A stretch of DNA of 64,000 bases, from positions 298,344,001 to 298,408,000 of the forward strand of contig OZ024742.1 of NCBI GenBank assembly GCA_964016885.1, in the 5' to 3' direction. Positions 1 to 13,415 of this stretch are shown one piece after another. The translations under genes were made by a program, and so were the position numbers. The DNA comes from Eledone cirrhosa. Its lineage: Eukaryota. The stretch's first letter is position 1; each line of letters starts with the position of its first letter. The notes under the pieces are model-generated. The model was not told the origin of the DNA and searched no databases. It was given only the letters and a program-made list of their open reading frames with translations.

Positions 1-44
1 GTGACCTGACATATATATATACACATGTATACATATGAATACAT

Positions 45-3000
45 ATCATCATAATCATCATCATCATCTTTGTTTAACGTCCATTTTCCATGCTAGCATG
101 GGTTAGACGGGAGTTGTCCCGCTTGAGGCAAGGCTAGTCATGTGACCGTGTCTCGCTCATATAGGACATATATCTGGCAGGTTTTCTACGGTTGGATGCC
201 CTTCCAAACACCAATCACATTTACAGTGTGGAACTGGGAACTTTTTACCATGTTACCTACACGTCCACATTACAGCGTGGACTGTGTGTGTTTTTTGTCA
301 TGACACCTACACGATCTCGATCTCATTTTCTCGTGCTGTTGGTGGGAGTGGGGGGATAGGGTAGGGGTAGTGGATTGGGGTGTATATTTGGTTAAGAGGT
401 GCCTACTGACTGTAGGTTGTGCTTTGTACATAGGCAAGGCGGGTCTTCTGTATTACTGCGTAGCGCCAAAGATCTCGGTCCAGAGACATTTTCTTAGAGA
501 CATGTAAGTGTGTGAGGTCGGAATTTATCAGATCATCCCAGGTTTTTCTGCGTCTACCTACTCCGTAACTACCATCAATTTTGATCGCCCTACCATTTTT
601 TATGCAGCTGTCGTCTTTCATGCTGTCGTCATTCCTTTCCAGTCTACGCAGGTCCTCTGCACGTAATGCCCATGACTCACTGCCATGTAGCATTGCTGTT
701 CGTATACAGGCATCATACAATCTGCCTTTCATTTTTAGAGAGAAACCTTTTGTGGACAACAGCAGTATAAGCTTACTGAACTTTTTCCAGCCCGTTCTGA
801 CTCTGGCTACTGTACTTTCAGAACACCCTCCACCACTGCTGATTTCGTCACCCAGGTAATGGAAAGTGTCTACTATTTCTATAGAACCATCTGGGCAATA
901 GAAAGAGCTAGTATCCTTTGGACACTTGCTACTTATTGCACCTGAGCATCGGCCACATATAAAGTCTACGTTCTTAGATAGTTTACCTGTGATCCTACTA
1001 CATCTTTTATGTACCCATACTTTGCATTTGGGACATAAAATGGAATTTCTGCCTACTCCTTTCCTACACACTGAGCATGGCCATTTCCCTGAGGGCACCT
1101 GTGCCCTACTTTCCTTTCTACAAACTAGAACTTTAGTCTTAGACAAGTTAACTTTCAAGCCTTTTGATTCTAGACCATGCTTCCAAGTTTCGAATTTCTT
1201 CTCTAGTTCAGCCATTGATTCAGCTATGAGCGTTAGATCATGTGTATAGGAGTTCCCATGGGCAGCCGGTCTTGAACTCCTCTGTTATAGCCTGAAGGGC
1301 AATAATAAATAAGAGGGAGCTAAGGACAGAGCCTTGATGAACGCAAAATTTTACACTAAATTCTTCACAATATTCATTGTTAATTCTAACCTTACTGACT
1401 CTTTCATTATACATAGCTTGTATAGCTCTCACAAGCCATTCATCTACACCTAGTTTTCTAAGAGCCCACCAGATAATGGAGCAGGGGACTGTGTCAAAAG
1501 CTTTCTCCAGGTCTACAAAAGCTAAGTAGAGGGGTTTACTTTTAGCTAGGTACTTCTCTGTAGTTGTCGTACAAGGAAAAGAGCGTCTGTGGTACTTTTA
1601 CCTGACACAAACCCAAACTGAATTTCATCTAGATCAATTCGCTCTCTGATTAGTTGCTCTATAACTCTTTCTGTGACATTCATGACCTGGTCAACTAACT
1701 TAATGCCTCTATAGTTTCCCCTATCTAGAGCATCCCCTTTACCCTTGTAGCAGTTAATGATGATGCTGCTACGCCAGTCTTTCGGTATGACCCCATTCTG
1801 TATTACTTGGTTAACTATACGGGTGACCATAGTGTGTCCCACCATACCAGATACCTTCAACATCTCAGCAACTATCTCCGAAGGCCAAGCTGCCTTGCCT
1901 GTCTTCATATCTTTGATTGCCTTACTTATTATACTACCTTTAACTTGCACTGCTGGTCCTTCTATCGGATCGATTTGGGGCAGACTATCTTTTTCCCATT
2001 TATTCTCCTCATTTAATAGTTTCTCGTAGTCACACTTCCAGGGTACCTTCTTATCAGTATCAGTGAGCGCAAGTACACCATTATCATTACGGACACACTT
2101 CTCCCCGACAATATCCTGATTTTCCTTGACACATTGTCTAGCAATCCTGAACACCTCACGTTTTTGGTCCTCACGTTGTAGAACATGCTTGAACTTTTAT
2201 ATACTGGTACCCATTTTGCAAGGTACACTTGTCTCCTAGCTTCTCTCCTGGCCACTTGATAGTGCTCTCTACTTCCCCCAACCTGCCATACTTTCCAAGC
2301 CTGCTTTTTGGCCTTGATTGTCTCTTCCACCTTACTGTTCCACCACCAAGTTACTCTCCTCCTGCCAATAGGTCTGCTCCAGCCACAGATTTCATCCGTT
2401 GCTTTCAGCAGGTTCACTTTCAAGAATTGTCACTGTTCCTCTATATTGCACGTCTCTAATTGCTCTTCCTTATTGTCAAAGGCATCAAGTAATAAGCTTT
2501 TAAATTTGTCACTGGCTATGGGGTCCTTCAACTTCCATATTCTTCTCTTCAAGGTAGGCCTCCTCTGTCGTCGAGTACGTCTATTCCTGACTGTGAGGTC
2601 ACTAACTACTAGGCTATGTTGGGAGGTGCATTCTTCACGGAGGAGGGATTTAGTGTTTACAACAGACATTTTGTCCCGTCTTCTAGTAAGGATATAATCT
2701 ATCTGGCTGGTGTATTCCCCTGATCTATAGGTGATCAAGTGGTTTTCACGTTTTTTGAAGTTTGTGTTACAAATAGTTAGGCTATTTGCGTCACAGAATT
2801 CATGATTCTGAAGCCCTCCTCATTTCTATTTCCAAACCCGTAGCCTCCATGGATTCCATCATAGACATCACTATGTTGTCCAACGTGACCGTTTAGATCA
2901 GCAGCAATAATTAAGTAGTCACTGTCGGTTATTTGGGAGGCAGTGTGCATTAGCATCTCATAGAACCTATCCTTTATAACATCAGGTAGACCAGATTGGG

Positions 3001-4167
3001 GTGCATAAGCAGATATTATTGTCACAGTAGTTCTATTTAGAACAAGTCTTAATTCAATTATTCTGTCATTCACTCTATTTACGTCAATTACCTTATATAC
3101 CCATTTTTCAGCTAACATATACCTACACCACCCTGTCCATTGTCATTTCCCACCCAGAAAAGTTTTTGCATCGTTTTTTTACCCACGATGAATCTGGTCT
3201 CTTGAATACAACAAACATCAACTTCTTCACGTTCAAGCATCTCTACAACCTCATTTGAGCAACCTTTCAATGTGCCTATGTTCATGGTACCATCTCTGAA
3301 GTTGGGAGGGTCGGATGGATGGGCTGGAGGGTGTGGGAGACGGGATTTTGTTAGTCATCTGTGTCTGAAATAGAGAGGGGTCCTTGTATTCTCGTCTTGC
3401 AGCGGGAGGTGAATTTATCTTTATCTGTGACATTGTCATTGAGTGCTTAGACTTTTCAAATTTCCGCAGTCAACCCATCAAACAGGTCTAAACTTAAGGA
3501 CTAGTAACCGGGGTGGTAGCTTTGCTATACTGATTTGTTAGAGAACTTACTAAAGTCGCTGAGTTATGATTGGACCATATAGCAATGGTGGTGTGTGGGG
3601 GTGGGAGGGAGGGAAATGGGTGAGTTTAGGAGTAGTTTAGTCTTTAGGAAAGGTCCAACAGATTGAGACATATTAAAAACATGAAAATAGTAATTTAAAA
3701 TCAGAGAGGTAAATGGAAAATTTGAATTTTAGAGTGGTATAAATAAGGTTTTAAAACACTGCTTAATTGAGGAGACTACGGAAATAAATAAAAGACAGGT
3801 TTTGCGTACATTCTCGAAATCGACAGATCGTCCTTAAGATAGATTAGATAGATAAATTCTGTCGTTGGAAGCCAGCAAGATTTATTTTATACTTGCGATC
3901 AGGCGGGGGGAGGGGGAGGGGGGGCTGAGAGAAGGAGCAAAGTGTTTACAAAGTTTGCGAGCGAGATGCAGGAAGGTTCTAGAATAATTATTTAATAACA
4001 ATACTAGAAGGAGAAGTTTAGTTTTTAGGAAAGGTCCGTCCAACAGATTGAGACATATTAAAAACATGAAAATAGTAATTTAAAATCAGAGAGGTAAACA
4101 GAGAATTTGAATTTTAGAGTGGTATAAATAAGGTTTTAAAAACACTCTGCTTAATTGAGGAGACTAT
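45..4167 (-). mobile_element. Near full-length RTE-clade LINE (family A), frameshifted: APE endonuclease + reverse transcriptase + PHD-like finger, long 5' UTR, (ATG)n tail
   Basis: Minus-strand ORF pieces 2777-3118 (SAYAPQ, AADLNGHVG = APE), 2430-2738 (SQIDYIL, SQH), 1546-2154 (CYKGKGD..NYRGIKL, QFGF), 1238-1432 (VHQGSVLS), 403-1215 (GLKVNLSKTK, FHYLG, GRRRKTW); (CAT)n tail at 45-68. Confidence 0.93.
3634..4167. repeat. ~150-bp direct repeat pair (3634-3778 and 4015-4167) in the RTE 5' region
   Basis: Near-identical block agtttagt.tttaggaaaggtcc...cttaattgaggagacta repeated ~381 bp apart. Confidence 0.85.
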
Positions 4168-4195
4168 TATTTATATATATACACATATGTATACA

Positions 4196-4548
4196 TATAT
4201 CATCATCATCATTCATCATTTCATTTTCCGTCCGCTTTTTCCCTGCTTGCAAGGGTGGGACAGGAACTGATTCTGGCTTGTTTTCTACAGCTGGATGCCC
4301 TTCCTAACACCAACCTCATTTACAGTGAGTGCTGGGTGCTTTTTTTGCCGTGGCACCTCCACGACCACTTTGCAGTGGAATGATATGGACCCCAGTCCCT
4401 ATCATCTCATTTCTACAGCTGAGTAAACTGGAGCAATGTGAAATAAAGTGTCTTGCTCAAGGAAACAACACATCACCCGGTCTGAGAATTGAACTCACAA
4501 CCTTTCGATTGCAAGGCCAATGCTCTAACCACTAAGCCATGTGCCTCC
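4196..4548 (-). mobile_element. tRNA-derived SINE with conserved central domain and RTE-derived 3' tail
   Basis: Reverse complement of 10704-11045; A box TGGCTTAGTGG, B box GAGTTCAATTC, (ATG)n tail. Confidence 0.85.
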
Positions 4549-4559
4549 ATGGCTTAGAG

Positions 4560-4643
4560 ATGGAGGCACATGGCTTAGTGGTTAGAGATGGACGCACATG
4601 GCTTAGTGGTTAGAGATGGACGCACATGGCTTAGTGGTTAGAG
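4560..4643 (+). repeat. 3 x 28-bp tandem copies of the SINE 5' head, inverted relative to the adjacent SINE
   Basis: atgga(g/c)gcacatggcttagtggttagag x3. Confidence 0.9.
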
Positions 4644-5102
4644 ATATATATACATATATACATACACACAAACATATATGGGGAGGGGTGCTTGCATATG
4701 TGTCCTTGTGTAAGTGAAATTATTTATCTGAGTCTCTGCTTTACATTTGACCAGTGGGACATAGACTACATTACTTTAAAAAAGAAAAAAAAACAAATGA
4801 GGGTTGGCATCAGGTAGGTAGATGGCTGTAGAATATTACCTTCTCCAAACCATGCTATTATAGAAAAAAGAATGTTAAATTGATGATGATGATATCAGCG
4901 TAGTTACAGTCAAGTATCTTTCTCACAAGTTATATAGATTATAAATATATAGTTATATAGACTAAATACATATAGTTATATAGATTAAACACATATAGTT
5001 ATATAGATTAAACACATATAGTTATATAGATTAAATACATATAGTTATATAGATTAAATCTATATAGTTATGTAGATTAAACACATATAGTTATATAGAT
5101 TA

Positions 5103-5480
5103 CTAGCAGTGGTACCTGGCGTTGTACGGGGTAAAGTATTTTGGAACGCGGGCCGCCAATAGACCTAAAAACTGCATACCTGGACAATATGTAAAGAAAA
5201 TAAACCGAATACTCTGATGGCTGGATAATTTTTAAGATTTTCCTCGATGAAGCAGGAAAAATGCAGGTTTTCACCTAGGGGATCAAGAAAATGAATTTTT
5301 TTTATGTGCATAATATGCCTTGAAATTTCGGAAAATCGGCTAAACGTAACGCCTCCAAAAAGCCCTAAGAAGCTGAAAAAATGAAGTTTTTCACCTAATG
5401 CTGGCCCTAGGCCATAAGAATGTTAGATTTTCTTTGCTTACGGTATGAAGAAGAGACTGACTAATACCTAGTTACAATTT
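5103..5480 (-). mobile_element. Non-autonomous Helitron, 3' part
   Basis: Minus strand ends in GC-rich hairpin cccgtacaacgccagg followed by CTAG|T; near-identical to 6965-7340. Confidence 0.7.
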
Positions 5481-5989
5481 CACCCGGTGGGCGGTTTTCT
5501 GCTAGCAAATCTAGTGTATATACTGATATTGTTGAGATTTGGATGAGAAATGTTTTCGGCACCACATGTTCACCGTCTCTCTGTGTGTCTTTTATGCATG
5601 TATAAATATATATGTTATCTATACGGTGAAATCTTTGAAATAAATATATGTTAAAACGAAAAAGGAGAAAAAGAGATTAGTGACGGAAATATAAACGTTA
5701 TGATATAACGATGGAAATATATCTTCAAATGGTCCTTGGCATGGTGTCAAGTCAGAACCGCCTCGAACTGGTTACTTCTGGCTTGTGCAAGGTGTCTCTA
5801 TAGCAACCATCGATTCCCTCGGCCTCAGTGACCAAAGTCAGTGGAGAGGGGAAGGTAATGTTTCTATAGCGACAGTGTTTCTCTTGGTAGTACCAAAGTG
5901 GAGAAAGGAAGGGGAAGGTAATAATTCTGTAGCACCTATATTTGAGTTTTAGGGAAGGACAGACAGACAAACAGAGAAATGCCCATATA

Positions 5990-6063
5990 TTTCTGTGTGT
6001 GTGTATAGATATATATAATATATATATCACACACACAGAAATGTATATATATTTCTGTGTGTG

Positions 6064-6116
<53 letters not shown>

Positions 6117-6272
6117 CACACACAGAAATGTATATATATTTCTGTGTGTATATATATATATATATATTACACACACAGAAATGTATATATATTTCTGTGT
6201 GTATATATATATATATTTCTGTGTGTGTATATATATATATATATTACACACACAGAAATGTATATATATTTC
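5990..6272. repeat. Self-complementary minisatellite (atttctgtgtgtg-(TA)n-cacacacagaaat)
   Basis: Alternating inverted units visible directly. Confidence 0.8.
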
Positions 6273-6392
6273 TTAGAACAAAATTATTATTAATGTTTTG
6301 CTGTTCATAACAATTGGAATTGAAAAATTACTTTTGAAATTATTAATTATTTTACTAATGCTTAGATATGTAAAAATGAAGCAATGTTTCTA

Positions 6393-6585
6393 ATAATTGT
6401 TTCTACTTTTGGCACAAGGCCAGCAATTACCAAGTACATTACTGGTACTTTATTTTATCGACCCCGTGAGGATGAAAGGCAAAGTTAACCTCGGCGGTAT
6501 TTGAACTCAGACCGTAAAGGGACGTAACTCCATGCTATGAAGCATGGTGTCCGACTCTCTACAGATTCTGCCAATCCACCGCCCT
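6393..6585 (-). mobile_element. SINE family 2 (~190 bp, tRNA-like head)
   Basis: Related copies at 10033-10212(-), 13223-13415(-), 21611-21830(+), 61002-61190(+); B-box-like GAGTTCAAAT. Confidence 0.8.
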
Positions 6586-6964
6586 AATGTCTGTACGTAA
6601 TGAGGGAGTGAGAGGGGGGAGAAAGAAAGACAGATGTGAAGTGACGAAGTGACTCTCTCCTCCTCCTCCTCCTCCATCTCCCCATTCGTCACAGCGATAG
6701 AGGGGAGGAATGTTAGTGTGTTACAAAGAGAAAGAGTGAGAGTGAGAGAAACAGACAGACTAAAAGAGAGGGATAGCTGGAAAGAGAGAGAGATAGCAAC
6801 CACGCGCGCACGTGTTTTCACTGTCGGACAGACAGACAGAGAAATTGCTGGTTATATATTATAAGGAGATAAATATATAGTTTAGTTATATAGATTAAAT
6901 ACATATAGTTATATAGATTAAATCTATATAGTTATGTAGATTAAACACATAGTTATATAGATTA

Positions 6965-7865
6965 CTAGCAGTGGTACCTGGCGTTGCACGGGATAAAGTA
7001 TTTTGGAACGCGGGCCGCCAATAGACCTAAAAACTGCATACCTGGAAAATATGTAAAGAAAATAAACCGAATACTCTGATGGCTGGATAATTTTTAAGAT
7101 TTTCCTCGATGAAGCAGGAAGAATGCATGTTTTCACCTAATGCGGGCCCTAGGGGATCAAGAAAATGAATTTTTTTTATGCCTTGAAATTTCGGGAAAAT
7201 CGGCTAGACGTAACGCCTCCAAAAAGCCCTAAGAAGCTGAAAAAATGAAGTTTTTCACCTAATGCGGGCGATAAGAAAGTTAGATTTTCTATGCTTACGG
7301 TATGAAGAAGAGACTGACTAATACCTAGTTACAATTTCAAGGAAATCGGTCTGACGTAACGCCTCAAAAAACCCTAAAAATGTTAAACAACGCAGTTTTT
7401 CACCTAATGCGGGCCCTAGGAGATACAAAAAGTTGAAATTTTGTGCATAATACTCCCTGAAACAAGTAATACACATGTAAAGTTTGCAAAAAATCGGTTG
7501 GGTACTTCTCGAGTTTTAGGGATTAAAACTCACACACACACACACACACACATACACACAGACATCCTCAAGGAAGTGACGTAATGCAGACAGCCAGACA
7601 TACAGACATATTATAAGGGCGCGACATTATAAGTATATATCTATCTAAAAAGAGAAAGACTAAGAATTATAGAGCGAGATCGCTAAATCGCCTAATGCGG
7701 TCCCTAGGGCATTGAAAATTTGAAATTTTGTTTGCTCAGAACACTCCCTGAAACATAAGTATTACATGTGTAAAGTTTGAAAATAGTTGGTTGGGTGGTT
7801 CTCGAGTTTTAGGGATTCGAACTCACACACACACAGACAGACATCCTCAGTTTTATATATATAGA
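6965..7865 (-). mobile_element. Non-autonomous Helitron with both termini (composite, duplicated 5' subterminal region)
   Basis: Minus strand starts A|TCTATATATATAAAACTGAGGATGTCTGTC with (CTGT)n/(GT)n, ends hairpin + CTAG|T; internal repeats containing ttcacctaatgcgggccctagg. Confidence 0.78.
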
Positions 7866-9288
7866 TAAATATATAGTTATATAGATTAAATACATATAGT
7901 TATATAGATTAAATCTATATAGTTATGTAGATTATAAATAAATAGTTATATAGATTAAATATGTTTAGTTATATAGATTAAATATGTTTAGTTATATAGA
8001 TTAAATATGTATAGTTATACAGATTAGATATGTTTAGTTACATAGATTAAATATATTTAGTTATATAGATTAAATATATATAGTTATATAGATTATAAAT
8101 ATATAGTTATATAGATTAAATTTATATAGTTATGTAGATTATAAATATATAGTTATATAGATTAAATATATAGTTATATAGATTAAATACATATAGTTAT
8201 ATAGATTAAGTATATATAGTTATATAGATTAAGTATATACAATCATATATATTAAGTATATATAGTTATAGAGATTAAATGTATATAGTTATATATATTT
8301 AGTTAAGTTAGAATTGATGATTGAGTTATATGGTGACATGAATGACTAGGAAAAAAGGAATGACTAGGAAAAAAGTATGTGATTTAATGAATGTAGGCCA
8401 GAGAGATGAGAAAGTATAAACCAGAAGACATCAATCACAGAAGACAACTGTATGATGGGTGTAATTGTATATTGACATTCTTAATAATATATGACCACAG
8501 AGAGTGCTATGTAGTTGTCATCTTATGACAAACACACATAGTAAAAAATAAAAAAAGATAAATGAGTATATTACTTTAGTTTTAGCTAATGTAAAGTTGT
8601 AACCATCATCACCATTGCCATTTTATTGGCTTGACAAATTTGCTAAAGTTTAGGTAGAAATGCTTTACTGTAATTCTTCAGAATTTTTTATGTTCTGAGT
8701 TTGAATCCCTCCAAGGTCAGCTCTGCTTTTTATCCTTTCAGATTTGATAAAGTATCAGTCAGGTACTGGAGTAGATTTATTGTCTTTCCATTCTTCATCA
8801 ATTGTTGGTCTTGTGCCTAAACTATAAACCAATATTAAAATTGTGGCAGATTGCCTTTCCTGATGCTAACTACTTTACTGGTTTATACTAGCTTTCCTCC
8901 CACAATATTGTTGACCTTGAGCCTAAATCAGAAACCATTATTGGACAACATGGTTTGGGGGCATATAGTTATGCCACTTTTTGTTCTGAATTCAAATCTT
9001 GCAGGGGTTAGCTTTGTTTTAAATACTTTCGGGAGTCGATAAAATAGTAAAAGTACTGGTAACACACTAGGATCGATTTAATTGACTTTACCCTTCCCTT
9101 CAAATTGTTGGCCATGTACCAAAAGTAGAAGCAATTATTAAAATATACTAGCTCCCCTCCCACAATTATTAAAATATGATGATGATGTATTCCTATCCCC
9201 CTTCCACATCCCTGATGCACATCTCCAGTCCAGCCCATTTAAGCATGGAAAGGCGGCCATACTCCATACCTGCTCTCCCACGGTGTTG

Positions 9289-9650
9289 GTGCCATGACAA
9301 AAAGCACGCTGCCCACCCTGTACAGTTTTAGTGCTGGTTCCACAACAAAGAATACCAAGTCCAGCCTGTAAGGTGATCATGCTTGTACCTTGACAAAGAA
9401 GTACCCAGTCCACACTGTAAGGTAGTTGTACTGGTGCCATGACAAATAGCACCCAGTCGAACCTGTAAGTTTGTCGTGCTGGAGCTACAACAAAAGCACT
9501 CAGTACACCCTGTTTTATGTTCACACTGGTGTCACAAGGAAAAGCAACCAATCCACCATCAGGTGGTAGTGGCAGTGCCATGATAAAAGCTCCTAATATA
9601 TGCTGTAATGTAGTTTGCATTAGGAAGGGCATCTAGCCCTATAAAACCAA
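9289..9650 (+). repeat. Array of seven diverged ~47-bp units homologous to the RTE 3'-UTR repeat, ending in the TTAGGAAGGGCATC motif
   Basis: Unit consensus gtgccatgacaaaaagcacccagtccacactgtaagg...; same unit occurs 2-3 times in the RTE/SINE tails. Confidence 0.75.
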
Positions 9651-10032
9651 GCATAAATCAGATCTATATGAGCAAGACATCGTCACCTGACCTGGCTAGC
9701 CTTATATAAGTCACATACTGATTTCTTCTGTCATATTTTCATGGAAAAGGGTGCAACTTATATATCAATATTTATGATATATGTATATATGTGTACAAGT
9801 GTGTGTTTGTCTCCACTCTTCTCTTTGTATTTGAAGTTGCAGGTGGTGATATTTATTTAAATCCTGCAAGGACAGAAATCCAGCTGCTCGCTGTGTAGAG
9901 GTGCGAAGATCTTTATTTTATCCAAAGTGTAAATGCAGATTGGTGTCAGGAAGGACATTTGACTATAGAGTTCTATTTCATGAGGTTTTGTATGACCAAT
10001 GGCGAAATCAAAAAATGTATATAAAGCTGATT

Positions 10033-10212
10033 ATAATAATTGTTTCTACTTTTGGCACAAGGCCAACAATTACTGGTACTTTATTTTATCGACCCAGTAA
10101 GGAAAGGCAAAGTTAACCTTGGTGGGATATGAACTTAGAATAGCAAGGGCCGTAACTCTATACTGGAAAGCATAGTGTCCGACCCTCTAACGATACTGCC
10201 AATCCACCGCTG
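10033..10212 (-). mobile_element. SINE family 2 copy
   Basis: Similarity to 6393-6585. Confidence 0.75.
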
Positions 10213-10703
10213 TCATAATACAAAACAGATATCAGATAATGAGCAAGTGGAATAATTTCTACCTTTGACAGATTGTGTGAGACTTCTATATTTAATCTGT
10301 AGCGGGGACAGATTTTATGGGCAAAACCAACAGGCCCAGGGGTAGACCTTGAGCAAGATGGTTGGATAGCATCCATGAGCTTGTCTGGTCTCACTTGGGC
10401 CAGCTGGATCAGTTGGAGACAGTTGCTCCTGACAGGACCCACTGGAAGGTGTGTTTGAGGACTCTGCTCCTATGACACTCTCATGAATAAATTTTCTGGA
10501 CATGTAATGCATATGGATGACAATTGTTGAGAGAAGAAACTTGAAATTCAAGTGGAAGGAAGCCACAGAAGAGGAATACCAAGGACTGATCTCAAGAAAC
10601 AACCTCATAGAGGAAGTGACAAAATAAGTAAACAAGTGGAGAGATGCTGTACTAGAGCTAAGTCATCTACCCCATGCAACCATGAATATATATATATAAA
10701 CAT

Positions 10704-11045
10704 GGAGGCACATGGCTTAGTGGTTAGAGCATTGGCCTTGCAATCGAAAGGTTGTGAGTTCAATTCTCAGACCGGGTGATGTTTTGTTTCCTTGAGCAAG
10801 ACACTTTATTTCACATTGCTCCAGTTTACTCAGCTGTAGAAATGAGATGATAGGGACTGGGGTTTCTATCATTCCACTGTAAAGTGGTCGTGGAGGTGCC
10901 ATGGCAAAAAAGCACCCAGCACTCACTGTAAATGAGGTTGGTGTTAGGAAGGGCATCCAGCTGTAGAAATCAAGCCAGAATCAGTTCCCGTCCCACCCTT
11001 GCAAGCAGGGAAAAGTGGACGTAAAATGATGATGATGATGATGAT
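10704..11045 (+). mobile_element. Composite SINE: tRNA head + conserved core (ccttgagcaagacactt...ctcagctg) + RTE-type 3' tail with (ATG)n
   Basis: Pol III A/B boxes at ~10713 and ~10757; tail shares sequence with the RTE 3' ends at 38150-38300. Confidence 0.87.
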
Positions 11046-11909
11046 AAACAATAATGTTTGAAACAAAGAACATGGTTTCTTATTATGTAATCTAGAATGA
11101 ATAAAAAAAAACATTGATAATCACAGATGTACTAATAAATATTTTGCAAACATTTTTATGAGCGTTAGTTTGTATGTGTCTAGATATGTGTACAAGTGTA
11201 TATGGTTGTGTGTATGGATATATGTATGGATGTGTGTGGGTAGAGATTTTGTATATAGTTAGGTTTGTGTATAGCTGTGTATAAATATGTGCAGCAGATA
11301 TACATATATAAATATGTGTTCCTATATGCACACACACACACACGTGTATGTGTGTATAGATGTATGTATGGTTGTGTGTATAGATATGTGTATAGATATG
11401 TGTAAAGATGTGTCTATAGATATGTTTAAAGATATGTGTAAAGATATATGTAAATATATGTGTTTAGATATCAATGAAAGTGGACATTAAAACTACAATG
11501 ATATATGTATAGATATATGTATAGTTTTGTGTGTGTAGTTATGCCTAGTGTATGTTAAAAGTATAGTTAAGTGTGTGTATAGTTACATTTGTATATAGTA
11601 AATTTGTATAATGTTAGGTTTGTTTGTTTGTGTATAGTTTGTATATGTTTATATAGTTAAAATTAATCAATGCCAGCATATATTCTGATATTATTATCAA
11701 AACTTTTGACTGATCTGACGTTTTTGATAATAGAAATCAGATTTTAAGTTATTGCTATCTTAAATATTGATTTTATGATACCAGTACAGAAAAGCAAAGT
11801 TAACTTCAAAATATCAACATTCATAGTATGAACATTTTTTCAAAGGTATCTTTCAAATGAAACATTGAAACTTTTAAACAATTTCTATAGTTTTGATGCA
11901 ACTGTTAGT

Positions 11910-12060
11910 AAATGATGTTGGTAGTGGTGGTGGTGGTAGTGGTGCAGACGATGTTGGGGATGATGGAGGTGGTAGTGATGACAATAATGGGGGCTGTGGT
12001 GATGACAATGACAGCAATAACAATGATTGTAGTAGTTGTGGTGATGATGATGATTGTAGT
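11910..12060. repeat. Degenerate (GAT/GGT)n trinucleotide repeat
   Basis: Low-complexity triplets; similar tracts at 14015-14235, 47000-47570, 57385-57535. Confidence 0.85.
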
Positions 12061-13222
12061 GGAATACATCAAATACATTAAGCTTGATATCATAAAACTA
12101 CACAAGCTCTAGCTCATATATGTTGTGGGTGTAAAATTTGAAGGTCATGAAGCTTGGCAAAACCAACAGTGTTTAAGAGCCATTTACAATCAAATGTTGA
12201 TTTTAAATAGATGTAACAATGAAAAACACAACAATAAAGGCAAACAGTAAAAAAGAGTGATAAAAGATATAATAATATAGGTGCGACAAAAAGAAATATA
12301 TTCAATGCTCTAAGGCTTTAAAAATCTTTTATCATGAAATGAAAAATATAGAGTGACGAGTAAAACCCACATAATATAAAGTGAAATACATAAATAAACT
12401 AGGTGTGACATTCAAATGCCAATGAATATATGCAATTTAGAAGCACTTTATGGGTTCTTTATGGGGTGGTAGCAAACTGGCAATCATTAGGGCACGAGAG
12501 AGAATGCTTTAGGTATTTTGTCTGACTCTGTATCTGGGGTTCAATTCTTACTGAAATTAACTTTGCCATCCTTTCTTTCAGGATCAATATAAGTGTGGTG
12601 GATTGGTAGAAATGTTAAGTGGCACATGAGATGCCCTAAGATACTTATTTCAGCTTTGTGCTTCTTAGTTCAGATCCTTCTTTTGTCATCAGAAAAGTAT
12701 GATGATTCTACCAAGAGTTGTAATTGACAGATAGTATTAATAATAAAAAATATCAATGGTAACAATTTCCCTGGCCTGAACTGGAAAATTACCTTCATTC
12801 CATTCCATGTTATGGATAAGTTGTGACATTTGAATTATCCAGTAAACCTTTGCAATCTAGGAAGCTCTTTATGTTTTTATATCGTTACATTAAGATAGCT
12901 TTATAATACCTAGGTTTCAAATGCTTCTATTAAAGGCCTAAATATTATCATGACAAAGAATAAATCTTGAAAAATATGAACAAAAAAGAGGATAAAGTGG
13001 GAAAGGACAAACTCTTCACTCTTGACTTGGTCATATATTTTAGCTGCACCCAGCAAACGATGGTGAAAGCATTGCTGCAGAGAGCAGCCATTTTACTACT
13101 ACCTCATGTCTCTCATATATTAAGACTGATGTTCTCATCTTTATTTGGTAGCAGAAAACAATAGTCTGGAGACTGAGGATAGTGGAAGTTTTGACAGTGA
13201 CTGGCACAAAAAAGAACTGGTC

Positions 13223-13415
13223 AATAATTGTTTCTACTTTTTGGCACAAGGCCAGCAATTACCCAGTACATTACTGGTACTTTATTTTATCGACCCCGTA
13301 AGGATGAAAGGCAAAGTTAACCTCGACGGGATTTGAACTCAGACCGTAAAGGGGCATAACTATTCTGCAAAGCATGGCGTCCGACCCTCTACTGATACTG
13401 CCAATTCACCGCCCT
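13223..13415 (-). mobile_element. SINE family 2 copy
   Basis: Similarity to 6393-6585 and 61002-61190. Confidence 0.8.

Larger units (their letters stand above)
4927..8300. repeat. ~22-bp AT-rich minisatellite (atatagttatatagattaaatac) interrupted by Helitrons and a SINE
   Basis: Arrays at 4927-5100, 6870-6962 and 7866-8300. Confidence 0.9.

Noticed and set aside
581-2697. Plus-strand ORFs overlapping the RTE
   Set aside because: Antisense shadows of the LINE coding frame.
9289-9620. CRISPR-like periodicity
   Set aside because: Whole units are diverged homologues with no repeat/spacer alternation; eukaryotic context with no cas genes.
10704-10775. tRNA gene
   Set aside because: Imperfect anticodon stem and continuation into a SINE body and LINE tail; it is a SINE head.
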